16,988 nucleotides of DNA from a virus (IMGVR_UViG_3300031853_000017:66397-83384); one strand, 5' to 3'; shown: positions 6,429 through 15,239, numbered from the stretch's first letter. A program made the numbers and translations. The notes: generated by a model from the letters alone, not told the origin.

Positions 6429-7397
6429 ATGAAAAAAGAAGATGTATTAAAATCTATTGGTTTGAAAAAGAGGTTTTGTAAAGATTGCAATTTACCGATT
6501 AACCTCTTTGACGAACCTTATTTTATGCAAAGGCTAAAAATACTCGATGCTCTGTTTGATTGTGTAAAAAAATTTGATACATTTTGCATAGAGCTTGAAT
6601 CTTTTGATGACGAGCAAAGTTATTTTGAATATTACAGCTCAGTAAAAGATAGTGTAATAACCATGATTAAAAATAGTCAAGGATATTACAAGTTTATAAA
6701 TGATGATTTTTCTGATGCGCGTATTATTAAACATACGGTTATGCTCGGAAAAAATAACCTATATGTGGAAGGTAATACCGACAAATCTTTTGTTTCAATA
6801 GATATGAATAAAGCGAATTTTTCCGCGCTTCGACATTATAATGCTGAAATATTCAAGAAGAAAGAAACATGGGAAGATTATATTGGTGCTTTCACATGGA
6901 GCGAACACATTAAAAACAGTAAGTATATCCGGCAGGTAATTCTTGGCGCTTGTAATCCTAAAAAGCAAATTACATACGAAACATATTTAATGACGATTCT
7001 ATATCTGCATATTAAAGATGTTCTTGGTGATAGAGTTAAATTTTATAGTTTAACTACCGATGAACTTATTATTGATATACAGAATACGAACTGTACTTTA
7101 AAAGAAATTGAAGAAGTAATTTCAAGCTGCCAACAGAATATTGGCTCTTTAGTACGCTGCGAATATTTCAAGTTGCGTAAAATAAGCAATTTTGGTTGGT
7201 TGAAAGAAATCTATAAGCATGATGAAAACAACGATATGTTCAAGGATAACATTGTGTTTAAAGGATTAAATGCCGATATTTACCACCAGATTGTTAAACA
7301 TTTCTTCGGTAACGAAATCACAGAAGATGATCTTGTGTTTCGTTACAATGGTGAACTTGCCCGTTTCTTGAAAGAGGTGGATAATCCGTGGAAATGA
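6429..7397 (+). CDS. Hypothetical protein with palm-polymerase-like acidic motifs
   Basis: 322 aa, GAGGT RBS. FVSIDMNKANFSAL and FYSLTTDELII resemble palm motifs A and C. The fold assignment is inference. Confidence 0.7.
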   Translation: MKKEDVLKSIGLKKRFCKDCNLPINLFDEPYFMQRLKILDALFDCVKKFDTFCIELESFDDEQSYFEYYSSVKDSVITMIKNSQGYYKFINDDFSDARIIKHTVMLGKNNLYVEGNTDKSFVSIDMNKANFSALRHYNAEIFKKKETWEDYIGAFTWSEHIKNSKYIRQVILGACNPKKQITYETYLMTILYLHIKDVLGDRVKFYSLTTDELIIDIQNTNCTLKEIEEVISSCQQNIGSLVRCEYFKLRKISNFGWLKEIYKHDENNDMFKDNIVFKGLNADIYHQIVKHFFGNEITEDDLVFRYNGELARFLKEVDNPWK

Positions 7398-8755
7398 ACA
7401 TTAAACTTCCAATGCCGGTACAGTTCATTCTCAATAGATTAAACGACAATGGTTATGAGGGATTTATTGTTGGCGGTTGTGTTAGAGATAGTCTTATGGG
7501 TATTAAACCGCATGATTGGGATATTTGTACATCCGCGCTGCCGGAGCAAGTGATGGAGTTGTTTAAAGACTTCAAAGTGATTCCAACAGGTATCAAACAC
7601 GGAACCGTATCTGTGGTTTTTGATGATAAGCCTGAAAATATTTTTGAAATAACCACTTACAGAATTGACGGAGAGTATAAAGATAATCGCCATCCAGAAA
7701 CGGTGAAGTTCGTTACAGACCTTGAATTAGACCTCTCTCGTAGAGATTTTACCATCAATGCTATTGCTTATAATGAGGTTAAAGGAATTGTTGACCCGTT
7801 CGGAGGATATGATGATATTATTGAAAAGCGTATAAAATGCGTTGGTAATCCAAATGATAGAATAAATGAGGACGCATTACGGATTATGAGAGCAATCAGG
7901 TTTGCACTCAGATTTAACTGTGATATTGATTCCGAAACATTATCAGCAATACATAAAAATAAAGATTTACTAAAAAAAGTATCGGCAGAACGAATTAACT
8001 CTGAATTAACAAAAATACTGAGTTATCCGCTTCTACCATTCAATCCTTCCGAATATAAAAAAACTCCATATAACGAAAGAATAAAAACCCAAGTTTACAT
8101 ACTGTTATATTTAATAGAATCAGTTGTCCCGTGGGCTGGATTTCTCAATGATAGAAAAACTTTTTATCGGCTGTGGTTTGCAAATTCATCAAATTGTGCA
8201 TTGAATTTGGCTATTATTTTGGGTAGTAATTTTGGGGATAAAACGTCTTTTGAAATACTCAAACAGTTAAGATTTTCAAATGAAATAATTGATTCCGTTG
8301 GGAAGATTCTTCAATATGCAGATGAAATAAGTAAGAGTTTTCATACTTGGGTAAGCACAAATTATGGTATTTTCCCATCAAAAATAAAAATATCAAAATA
8401 TTATGCACGAAAACTATTACACAATTTAGACTATATCACTATCAATCTTGCTTTGGATTGCGCAAAAGTTTTTTCTATTTATTCTGATAAACAGCCAATT
8501 AGTCAGCTTTTATATCTTGAATGTATTGAAAAATTACGAGAAGAAGTTAATAAATGCAGAGAAAATGGAGATGTTTATGATTTAAAATATCTTGCTGTGG
8601 ATGGAACTGATCTTATTTTGCTTGGATATAAAGGGAAAATAATTGGTGAAATTCTTGATAGTTTATTGGAAATGGTGATGAAAGATGAAATACCAAATAG
8701 CCGCGATTCTTTAATTTATACAATAAATACAACATTTGCGAGTGATTGCAAATAG
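7388..8755 (+). CDS. cca: Class II tRNA nucleotidyltransferase (CCA-adding enzyme)
   Basis: VGGCVRD...PHDWD (motif A), EITTYR plus flexible loop DGEYKDNRHP, DLSRRDFTINA (motif B), EDALRIMRAIRFA (motif D) and SAERINSEL. GTG start with GAGGTG RBS. Confidence 0.92.
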   Translation: MEMNIKLPMPVQFILNRLNDNGYEGFIVGGCVRDSLMGIKPHDWDICTSALPEQVMELFKDFKVIPTGIKHGTVSVVFDDKPENIFEITTYRIDGEYKDNRHPETVKFVTDLELDLSRRDFTINAIAYNEVKGIVDPFGGYDDIIEKRIKCVGNPNDRINEDALRIMRAIRFALRFNCDIDSETLSAIHKNKDLLKKVSAERINSELTKILSYPLLPFNPSEYKKTPYNERIKTQVYILLYLIESVVPWAGFLNDRKTFYRLWFANSSNCALNLAIILGSNFGDKTSFEILKQLRFSNEIIDSVGKILQYADEISKSFHTWVSTNYGIFPSKIKISKYYARKLLHNLDYITINLALDCAKVFSIYSDKQPISQLLYLECIEKLREEVNKCRENGDVYDLKYLAVDGTDLILLGYKGKIIGEILDSLLEMVMKDEIPNSRDSLIYTINTTFASDCK

Positions 8756-9081
8756 CAGAATATAAATGTCCGGAATGCGGCTGTGAAAGAGTATATTCAA
8801 TCCCAAAAGGTTTGCGGCATGGTGTGTATTGTGCAGAATGTAATACATGGATATGTTGGACTACCTATAAAAAAATGAAAGAAATCTATAAGCAAATAGA
8901 TAATGATAGTTTGAATGATGATGTGTCTATAAGAAAAACAAAAACACGAAATGGAATTACCAAAATGAATTGTGAAAAGTGTGGCTGCTTATTATATGAT
9001 TCGACATCACCAAAAGTGGAAGGGCAATTCGATTTGGTTAATGCTATTTACTGCCCAAAATGCGGTAGAAAACTAATTTAA
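8746..9081 (+). CDS. Double Zn-ribbon hypothetical protein
   Basis: Four CxxC pairs (CPEC, CAEC, CEKC, CPKC); TTG start overlapping the cca stop. Confidence 0.7.
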   Translation: MQIAEYKCPECGCERVYSIPKGLRHGVYCAECNTWICWTTYKKMKEIYKQIDNDSLNDDVSIRKTKTRNGITKMNCEKCGCLLYDSTSPKVEGQFDLVNAIYCPKCGRKLI

Positions 9082-9093
9082 TTTTTTTTTTTT
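9082..9093 (+). repeat. T12 homopolymer
   Basis: Twelve consecutive T between the Zn-ribbon stop and the second MTase. Confidence 0.8.
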
Positions 9094-9142
9094 GGGCAGC
9101 ACAGTAAATATAAAAAACATAATAAAAGAATGGAGCATTTTT

Positions 9143-10165
9143 ATGAGATTAAAGAATGAATGGATTAACGGCGATTGCTTGAAAGAGTTGAAAAAATTGC
9201 CGGATGAAAGCGTCCATCTTATCGTAACTTCACCTCCGTATCACAATCTAAGGGTTTACAGTAACGACCCTTGTGACTTATCTAATTGCGAGTCTTATGA
9301 TGAATATTATTATTTGCTTGGGCTTGTGATTGCCGAGTGCCAGCGCGTACTTGTGCCAGGGGGTAAATTTGTTCTTCAATACGAAGATTACAATTATACA
9401 ATAGGTAGAGATGGTAAAAACGGACAGGAAAGTTTAACTGGTAAGTTGAATGACATCTTTTTAGGATATGGTTTTTCGTTGTGGACAAAAGCATTTTGGC
9501 GTAAATATTCCGCTCAGAGAGCTATGCTTGCCCAGGGCAATTTATATTACAGGAACATGAAGGCAAGAGATACAATCCTTGCGGCAAACGTCGGCTTTGT
9601 TTATGTGTATAAAAAAGAGGGAGATTGTGAGTTAATCAAGGCTTCCGATATTACTCTTGCTGAATGGGCTGATTGGGCTGACGGTGTATGGAATATTCCA
9701 AATCAAGGAATTTCACATAGTACACCATTTGCAGAAGAACTTGTTAAAAGATGTATCAAACTCTGGTCTTGCCCTTATGATACCGTATTAGACCCATTCG
9801 CTGGTGCTGGAACAGTAAACAAAGTAGCCATAGAAAATCACAGAAATGCTATCGGAATTGAATTGCAAAAAGAGTATTACGATTTAGCTATTGAAAAAAG
9901 ATTTTCACTTTGGGACGATAGTATTTTTGAAACAGATGATTCTATTGAGAAAATGAAAGAGCGTTTTGCAGAACAACTTGCGATTGGTAAAGAACAGAGC
10001 GAAAACGCAAAGGCAGCAAAAGAGGAACAAAAACAATTGGCACAAAAGAAGAAAGATATTCGTGCAGAAATCAAGGAGCTTGAAACACAGTTAAAGGCTC
10101 TCGGCGTTAAAGCAAAAGAAATTAAGGAGATCAAAGATAATTCACTGAGGTTATTTAATGATTGA
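9143..10165 (+). CDS. Orphan beta-class DNA amino-methyltransferase (SPPY, likely m4C) with C-terminal coiled coil
   Basis: GDC...HLIVTSPPY, HSTPFAEELV and VLDPFAGAGT. Start moved to the ATG at 9143 (GGAG RBS at 9132). The last ~70 aa are Lys/Glu/Ala/Gln-rich and heptad-like. Confidence 0.9.
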   Translation: MRLKNEWINGDCLKELKKLPDESVHLIVTSPPYHNLRVYSNDPCDLSNCESYDEYYYLLGLVIAECQRVLVPGGKFVLQYEDYNYTIGRDGKNGQESLTGKLNDIFLGYGFSLWTKAFWRKYSAQRAMLAQGNLYYRNMKARDTILAANVGFVYVYKKEGDCELIKASDITLAEWADWADGVWNIPNQGISHSTPFAEELVKRCIKLWSCPYDTVLDPFAGAGTVNKVAIENHRNAIGIELQKEYYDLAIEKRFSLWDDSIFETDDSIEKMKERFAEQLAIGKEQSENAKAAKEEQKQLAQKKKDIRAEIKELETQLKALGVKAKEIKEIKDNSLRLFND

Positions 10166-11661
10166 ACTTGAAATCCCTGTTGAGCAAATACCGTACATCA
10201 GAACAATCGAAGGAAGAAAATTTAGAGATGGCAAGTGGCAATTTCCCGATTCATCACTAAATAAGTTAATTCAATTAGGCTTGGTTTCATCAGATACTAA
10301 GCCTATTGAAAAGACTATGAAACAATATTCTATATCACCGTTTCTGCGTAATTATCAAAAAGAAATTTGCAACAAGGCATTAAACGCTGAAAATTATGGT
10401 GTCTTTGCCGACACAGGTACGGGTAAAACCGTTATGGGTTTGGAAATAGCAAAATTTTACTCCAAGTCACTGATTTTGTGTCCTTTATCTGTAATAGAAA
10501 CAGCTTGGATTGATGATTGCCGAAAATTTTACCCAAATAGAAAAATTATTAATGTTTGGGGAAACTCAAAAGCAGAAAGGCTCAAAAGCAGAAAGGCTTA
10601 AACACCTAAATACCGAAGCTGATATTTATGTGATGAATTACGATAGTTTTAAGATACTTCGCAACGAAATTCGCAAAGCTAATTTTGATTGTATTGTGGT
10701 TGATGAAAGTAGCGTAATGAAAAATATGAAAAGCCAAATTACTGCTATGCTTTTAGATATTGCGACTATTATTCCGCACAGATTTGTTTTGAGTGGATGC
10801 CCCACACCCAATCATAATAGTGAAATATTTCCCCAAATGAAATTTGTGAATCCAGAGGTTTTTGGAAACAACTACTATGGATTTCTTGCAAAATATTTTC
10901 ATCAGGATATGTCAAATCCGCACTATTGGTTTCAAACTGACGAAGATAAAGACCGATACTATCAAAGACTTGATGAACAATCAGTTTTCCTAAAGAAAGA
11001 AGATTGTTTAGACCTTCCCGAACAAGTCTTTGAAATTCGCAAATTTGATATGTCAAAAACTCAAAGACGCTACTATGACGATATTGAGAATGATATTCGT
11101 GAACATATAAATCAATGGAGCAAATTTGAGTTTACCGCCAAGTTAATGAAACTCCGCGAGGTCGTTAGTGGTTTCGTAATCAATAAAGACAAGACTATAA
11201 CCACATTTGATAACGACAAAGAGAAACTATTACAAGAAGTCGTTTCCGAAATTGGCAATCAACCGATTATTGTATGGTGTCAGTTTACGCACGAAATTGA
11301 ATCACTTGCAAAGAAATTTAACGGCGTGGCATTAACATCTAAAACCAAAAATCGTGATGATATTATCCGGCAGTTTAAGAATAACAAAATCAATTTATTA
11401 TTCACGCACCCAAAACTAATCGGCAAAGGTTTAACCTTTACTAATTGCACTTACAATATTTACTATTCTATGAGTTTTAGCTATGAAGAATTTAAGCAAA
11501 GTAAAGATAGGATTCACAGAATAGGTCAAGGCAATAAATGCACATACATAATTTTACAGGCTAATAACTCCATTGAAGAAAAGATTTACGATTGTGTCCA
11601 GCGAAAAGGGAATGCAGTTGATGAATTGTATCTTGAAATGGGACTAAGAAACGCGAGTTAG
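10158..11661 (+). pseudogene. SNF2-family helicase split by a frameshift
   Basis: The first ORF holds Walker A (DTGTGKT). The second holds DESS, LSGCP, GKGLTFT and QSKDRIHRIGQ. Removing one 16-bp copy at 10565-10596 gives a single 495-aa ORF. Confidence 0.9.
10565..10598 (+). repeat. 16-bp tandem duplication (CTCAAAAGCAGAAAGG)x2 + CT
   Basis: Read directly from the sequence: copies at 10565-10580 and 10581-10596. Confidence 0.95.
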
Positions 11662-11670
11662 GAGATTGTT

Positions 11671-11859
11671 ATGGAAATTATTAAAAAGGGCGATATTGGA
11701 CAGGTAATTGAATCAAAAATGTTTGAGTGCAAACGCTGCGGTTGCGTATTCAAGGCAGAGCGCGGAGAGTATGAAAGCAAACAAGGCTGCCACAATGATA
11801 TATATTATCTATGTGAATGTCCAACTTGTGGCAAAACCGTTTATCAGGATGAGGAATGA
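11671..11859 (+). CDS. Small Zn-ribbon protein
   Basis: CKRC...CPTC; GGAG RBS. Confidence 0.7.
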   Translation: MEIIKKGDIGQVIESKMFECKRCGCVFKAERGEYESKQGCHNDIYYLCECPTCGKTVYQDEE

Positions 11860-11860
11860 T

Positions 11861-12166
11861 ATGAATTTTGAAATTTCAGAGTTAAATAGGCTTTTGACGG
11901 CTGTTAGAAAATTATTGCGCGGAAATCGGAAATATAGCTTTATTAAAGAATCTCCCACCATTGGGATATTGCAAAATGATGATGGAACATTCCGCTCGAA
12001 TGGCATTTTATGGTTATATGATGATGGTTTTATTACACTAAATGAAAAATCAATAACTGATTATTGTTTTGCTGATAATAAAAAACCGGCAGTGTTATAT
12101 GAATTTGAAAGTTGGGATAGCCTAATTCAATATGTGGAGGGTGGACATTATGATTCTATACAATAA
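11861..12166 (+). CDS. Hypothetical protein (101 aa)
   Basis: ATG at 11861 with a GAGG RBS avoids the 150-nt overlap of the track's 11708 start. Confidence 0.7.
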   Translation: MNFEISELNRLLTAVRKLLRGNRKYSFIKESPTIGILQNDDGTFRSNGILWLYDDGFITLNEKSITDYCFADNKKPAVLYEFESWDSLIQYVEGGHYDSIQ

Positions 12167-12755
12167 AGAAATATTTCAAAGATGTTTTTGTTACCGCCCG
12201 AAATATTGGTATAAGAATGTAGCTAATATCCCTCGATATTTTAAGGCAATTCATTTCCTTATCAAGAATGGCTACGACAGATATGCAACTTGGGAAACTT
12301 TTGATTGGTTTATGAAAACCATGTCAAAGATACTGACGGCATACCGTGATACACGTTGCGGAACTCCGATTGTGATTGACGATTTCAAAGACAGGGATAA
12401 AGAGTCGACAGACAAAAACGAGAATAAATGGAATGAGATTGTTGACCGAATGATATTCCTTCTTGGCGAAATGGGCGAAGATACTTGTCAAAAGAAGAAT
12501 CCGTATGAAGAAGAATACAATAGGATTTATGACGAATTTACTGAAAAGTATGGTATGTTCGGCAAGAAGTTGAACACACCAGAGGAAAATGAAAAAGAAT
12601 ATATAACATTACATACTCCAAGTGAGTTGCCAGAATACAAAGATACTATGAATAAATGGTTTGAAACTGAACTTGAAATCGAAAAATATCGGCAAAAATG
12701 TAAAAATGAATTTTTTGAATTGTTTTCCGAACACTTTTATGCTTTGTGGGATTGA
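12150..12755 (+). CDS. Hypothetical phage-type protein ending in ...FYALWD
   Basis: GGAGG RBS at 12136-12140, ATG at 12150. The W-x-E-I-V-D-R-M-I and terminal LWD patterns are reminiscent of uncharacterised phage proteins. Confidence 0.75.
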   Translation: MILYNKEIFQRCFCYRPKYWYKNVANIPRYFKAIHFLIKNGYDRYATWETFDWFMKTMSKILTAYRDTRCGTPIVIDDFKDRDKESTDKNENKWNEIVDRMIFLLGEMGEDTCQKKNPYEEEYNRIYDEFTEKYGMFGKKLNTPEENEKEYITLHTPSELPEYKDTMNKWFETELEIEKYRQKCKNEFFELFSEHFYALWD

Positions 12756-12757
12756 TT

Positions 12758-13093
12758 ATGAGAAAACCTTGTAGCAACTGTGAATATGCAAATCCTTATG
12801 AACTCAAAAAGAGAATTGATTGGCAGTGCTTTTCTACGGTAAAGAGAGATAACTGCCAACGATATAAAGATTATAAAACATATTTAGTATCACGCAGAAA
12901 GTACACAAAAGGTGAATTGATTACAAGTATGAATGAACTCGAAGAATGTTTAGAGCGCGACGGTTTTATTTATCTTTGTGATAAAGTGGTTCATCAAGGC
13001 TGGGTATTAGGTATGCAGTATCGTTTCATAAGAAATCAAATTATAGGTAGAAGAATTTATCGTGCAATTAGAAAAGGCGAAAACCAATGTTGA
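12758..13093 (+). CDS. Hypothetical protein, Cys-rich N-terminus
   Basis: CSNC...C...C; ATG two bases after the upstream stop. Confidence 0.65.
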   Translation: MRKPCSNCEYANPYELKKRIDWQCFSTVKRDNCQRYKDYKTYLVSRRKYTKGELITSMNELEECLERDGFIYLCDKVVHQGWVLGMQYRFIRNQIIGRRIYRAIRKGENQC

Positions 13094-13311
13094 TAAAACG
13101 AACTAATATGAAATATGTTGAGGATAATCTTAAACGTGAAATAACACTGTTACACAGCAAAAACTGCCCCTGTTGTGGAAAAGAACAGTTTGGAGTTTTA
13201 CTAATGGAGGAAGATTATGGCGGTATATTTCGCAGAGCAAAAACACAACATTTTTATTCTTTTACCTGTGATAGATGTGGTACTCAATGGGAATCGGACA
13301 AATGGGAGTAA
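13087..13311 (+). CDS. Small Zn-ribbon protein
   Basis: CPCC...CDRC; the start overlaps the previous stop. Confidence 0.7.
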   Translation: MLIKRTNMKYVEDNLKREITLLHSKNCPCCGKEQFGVLLMEEDYGGIFRRAKTQHFYSFTCDRCGTQWESDKWE

Positions 13312-13314
13312 TTT

Positions 13315-13608
13315 ATGGAAATAACAAAAATTGAAACTAAAGCTAACGGCGAAGTTACCGTGGAAAAACACAATGTTTCAGAAAGCAATTACGAAATATG
13401 CGGTAGATTCTGGCAAGCCTCCGATAATATGACATTTATCCGTAATTGGACAACTGACGAATATATCAATCACGACCCAAATATAAATAAGATTCTACCA
13501 TTAAGAGTAAATGAAACCGTAATTGATGTTGTAGCCCATACTGTTGAATTGAGAAAAATTTTTGCTACAAAAGACGGTAAAAGATTTCAATGTTTATGGA
13601 AACTGTAA
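13315..13608 (+). CDS. Hypothetical protein
   Basis: GGGAG RBS; tightly packed 97-aa ORF. Confidence 0.65.
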   Translation: MEITKIETKANGEVTVEKHNVSESNYEICGRFWQASDNMTFIRNWTTDEYINHDPNINKILPLRVNETVIDVVAHTVELRKIFATKDGKRFQCLWKL

Positions 13609-13644
13609 CCTATCCAGAAGATTCAAAATAAAGAGGTGATTCCA

Positions 13645-13836
13645 ATGGGGTTATTCAAAAAGCAAAATGAGCCGGTCAAGCTGAATTTCCATTGTTCAAA
13701 ATGCGACATAGATTTCAGCAAAGACAAAGCTGAATGTCAAAAGATGGTTTTTCCTATTCATGGCAATCGTAAAATAACATATTATTTCGCTACTTGTGCT
13801 AAGTGTGGCGAAAAGATTTCAATAAGACACGATTAA
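13645..13836 (+). CDS. Small Zn-ribbon protein
   Basis: CSKC...CAKC; GAGGTG RBS six bases before the ATG at 13645. Confidence 0.7.
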   Translation: MGLFKKQNEPVKLNFHCSKCDIDFSKDKAECQKMVFPIHGNRKITYYFATCAKCGEKISIRHD

Positions 13837-13873
13837 CAACATTTGAAAAACGCTAAAAATAGCACAACAATAA

Positions 13874-13902
13874 ATGACAAAAATTATGCAATATTTTATA
13901 AT
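13874..13902 (+). promoter_or_regulatory. SigmaA-type promoter upstream of the radical SAM gene
   Basis: ATGACA (13874-13879), 17-bp spacer, TATAAT (13897-13902). Confidence 0.65.
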
Positions 13903-13971
13903 AAATAGGCATAAATGACAACAAATGACAATAAATATGACGATAAAAGTGTGGTTTTATTGACAAGAAGA

Positions 13972-15204
13972 ATGAAAATTGCAATTATTGATGCTGACAT
14001 TGTTGGGAAAAAGAAGCATAGATTCCCTAATTTATGTTGTATGAAAATTTCTGCTTATCATAAACAGCTTGGGAATGAGGTAACATTAAAGACTGATTAC
14101 GAGAATTTAGATTGTTTTGATAAGGTCTATATCAGTAAAGTTTTTACTGATACTGAAATTCCTTGTGAGCCAAAAGATAAGACAAATAAAAATTCTGACA
14201 CTATTTCAGAGTGGTATGCTGATAATGAATTTCTTAAACAACCAAATATCGAGTACGGTGGGACAGGCTTCTTTTATGATAAAGCCCCATCTTTGCCAAA
14301 TGAAATAGAACATATAATGCCCGACTATCATCTATATGATGAATGGGTGCAATCGGCAATAAATAGCGGTAAGAAGCGTTCTGAATTTACATACTATCTT
14401 GATTATTCTATCGGTTATTTGACTCGGCATTGTTTTCGTGGTTGTTATTATTGCGTAAATCGTAATTATAAATGTGCGATTAGTGCAAGCCCACTATCTG
14501 AATTTATGGATGAATCTCGTCCTAAACTATGTTTTCTTGACGATAATTTTTTAAGTTATTCACATTGGAAAAACCTTATTCAACCTGTAATCGAAAGTGG
14601 CAAAAGGTTTCAATTCAAACAAGGGCTTGATGAAAGACTATTAACAAAAGAAAAGATTATCGAAATATCCAAATGGAAGTATGATGGTGAAGTAATTTTC
14701 GCTTTTGATAATATCGAAGATAAAGAACTGATTATCTCGAAACTTAAACTTATCCGCGAAACTGTTCCTGATTGGAAACGCGAATTAAAATTTTATGTAT
14801 TTTGTGGCTGTGATAAGAATGATAAGTATGATAAAGAATTTTGGAAGAACGATATTATAAATTTGTTCGATAGAATTGATATTCTTAGTCAATTCGGGGC
14901 AAAACCATATATAATGCGTTTTGAAAAAGTTTACAATTCCGAATATTCATCTTTTTATGCTGCCGTAGCTGCGTGGTGTAATCAGCCATCAATTTTTAAT
15001 ACATTTACGTTTCGTTTGTTTTGCCAATGTCGCGGAATGAGAAGAAATGGATATAAAACGTATAAACGAGATATTGATGGATATTTAGAAAACATTGGAA
15101 TTAAGGGTTCTGAATGGCGTAATATGGAATGGATTGAAAATATATATCCTGAAATTGCCAATAAATATTACGACTTCAATGGAAGGTCAAATAGAAAATA
15201 TTGA
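13972..15204 (+). CDS. Radical SAM protein of a phage-associated type
   Basis: CFRGCYYC (CxxxCxxC), FLDDNF and FKQGLDERLL. The N-terminus MKIAIIDAD...FPNLCCMKISAYHK is typical of uncharacterised Firmicutes phage radical SAM proteins. Start may be 13972 or 13915. Confidence 0.85.
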   Translation: MKIAIIDADIVGKKKHRFPNLCCMKISAYHKQLGNEVTLKTDYENLDCFDKVYISKVFTDTEIPCEPKDKTNKNSDTISEWYADNEFLKQPNIEYGGTGFFYDKAPSLPNEIEHIMPDYHLYDEWVQSAINSGKKRSEFTYYLDYSIGYLTRHCFRGCYYCVNRNYKCAISASPLSEFMDESRPKLCFLDDNFLSYSHWKNLIQPVIESGKRFQFKQGLDERLLTKEKIIEISKWKYDGEVIFAFDNIEDKELIISKLKLIRETVPDWKRELKFYVFCGCDKNDKYDKEFWKNDIINLFDRIDILSQFGAKPYIMRFEKVYNSEYSSFYAAVAAWCNQPSIFNTFTFRLFCQCRGMRRNGYKTYKRDIDGYLENIGIKGSEWRNMEWIENIYPEIANKYYDFNGRSNRKY

Positions 15205-15239
15205 AAATAAAACGGAAGTTTGATTGAGGAAGTATAGAT

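Noticed and set aside
6429-7397. Reverse transcriptase (retron/DGR) interpretation of the 322-aa protein
   Set aside because: No YxDD motif, no other RT motifs, and no ncRNA or template/variable repeat pair seen.
9143-11661. DISARM, BREX or restriction-modification defence system
   Set aside because: No nuclease, PLD, DUF1998, PglZ or other required components are adjacent.
13960-13965. TTGACA as a separate promoter -35
   Set aside because: No -10 at a 16-18 bp spacing, and it lies only 6 bp before the likely start codon.
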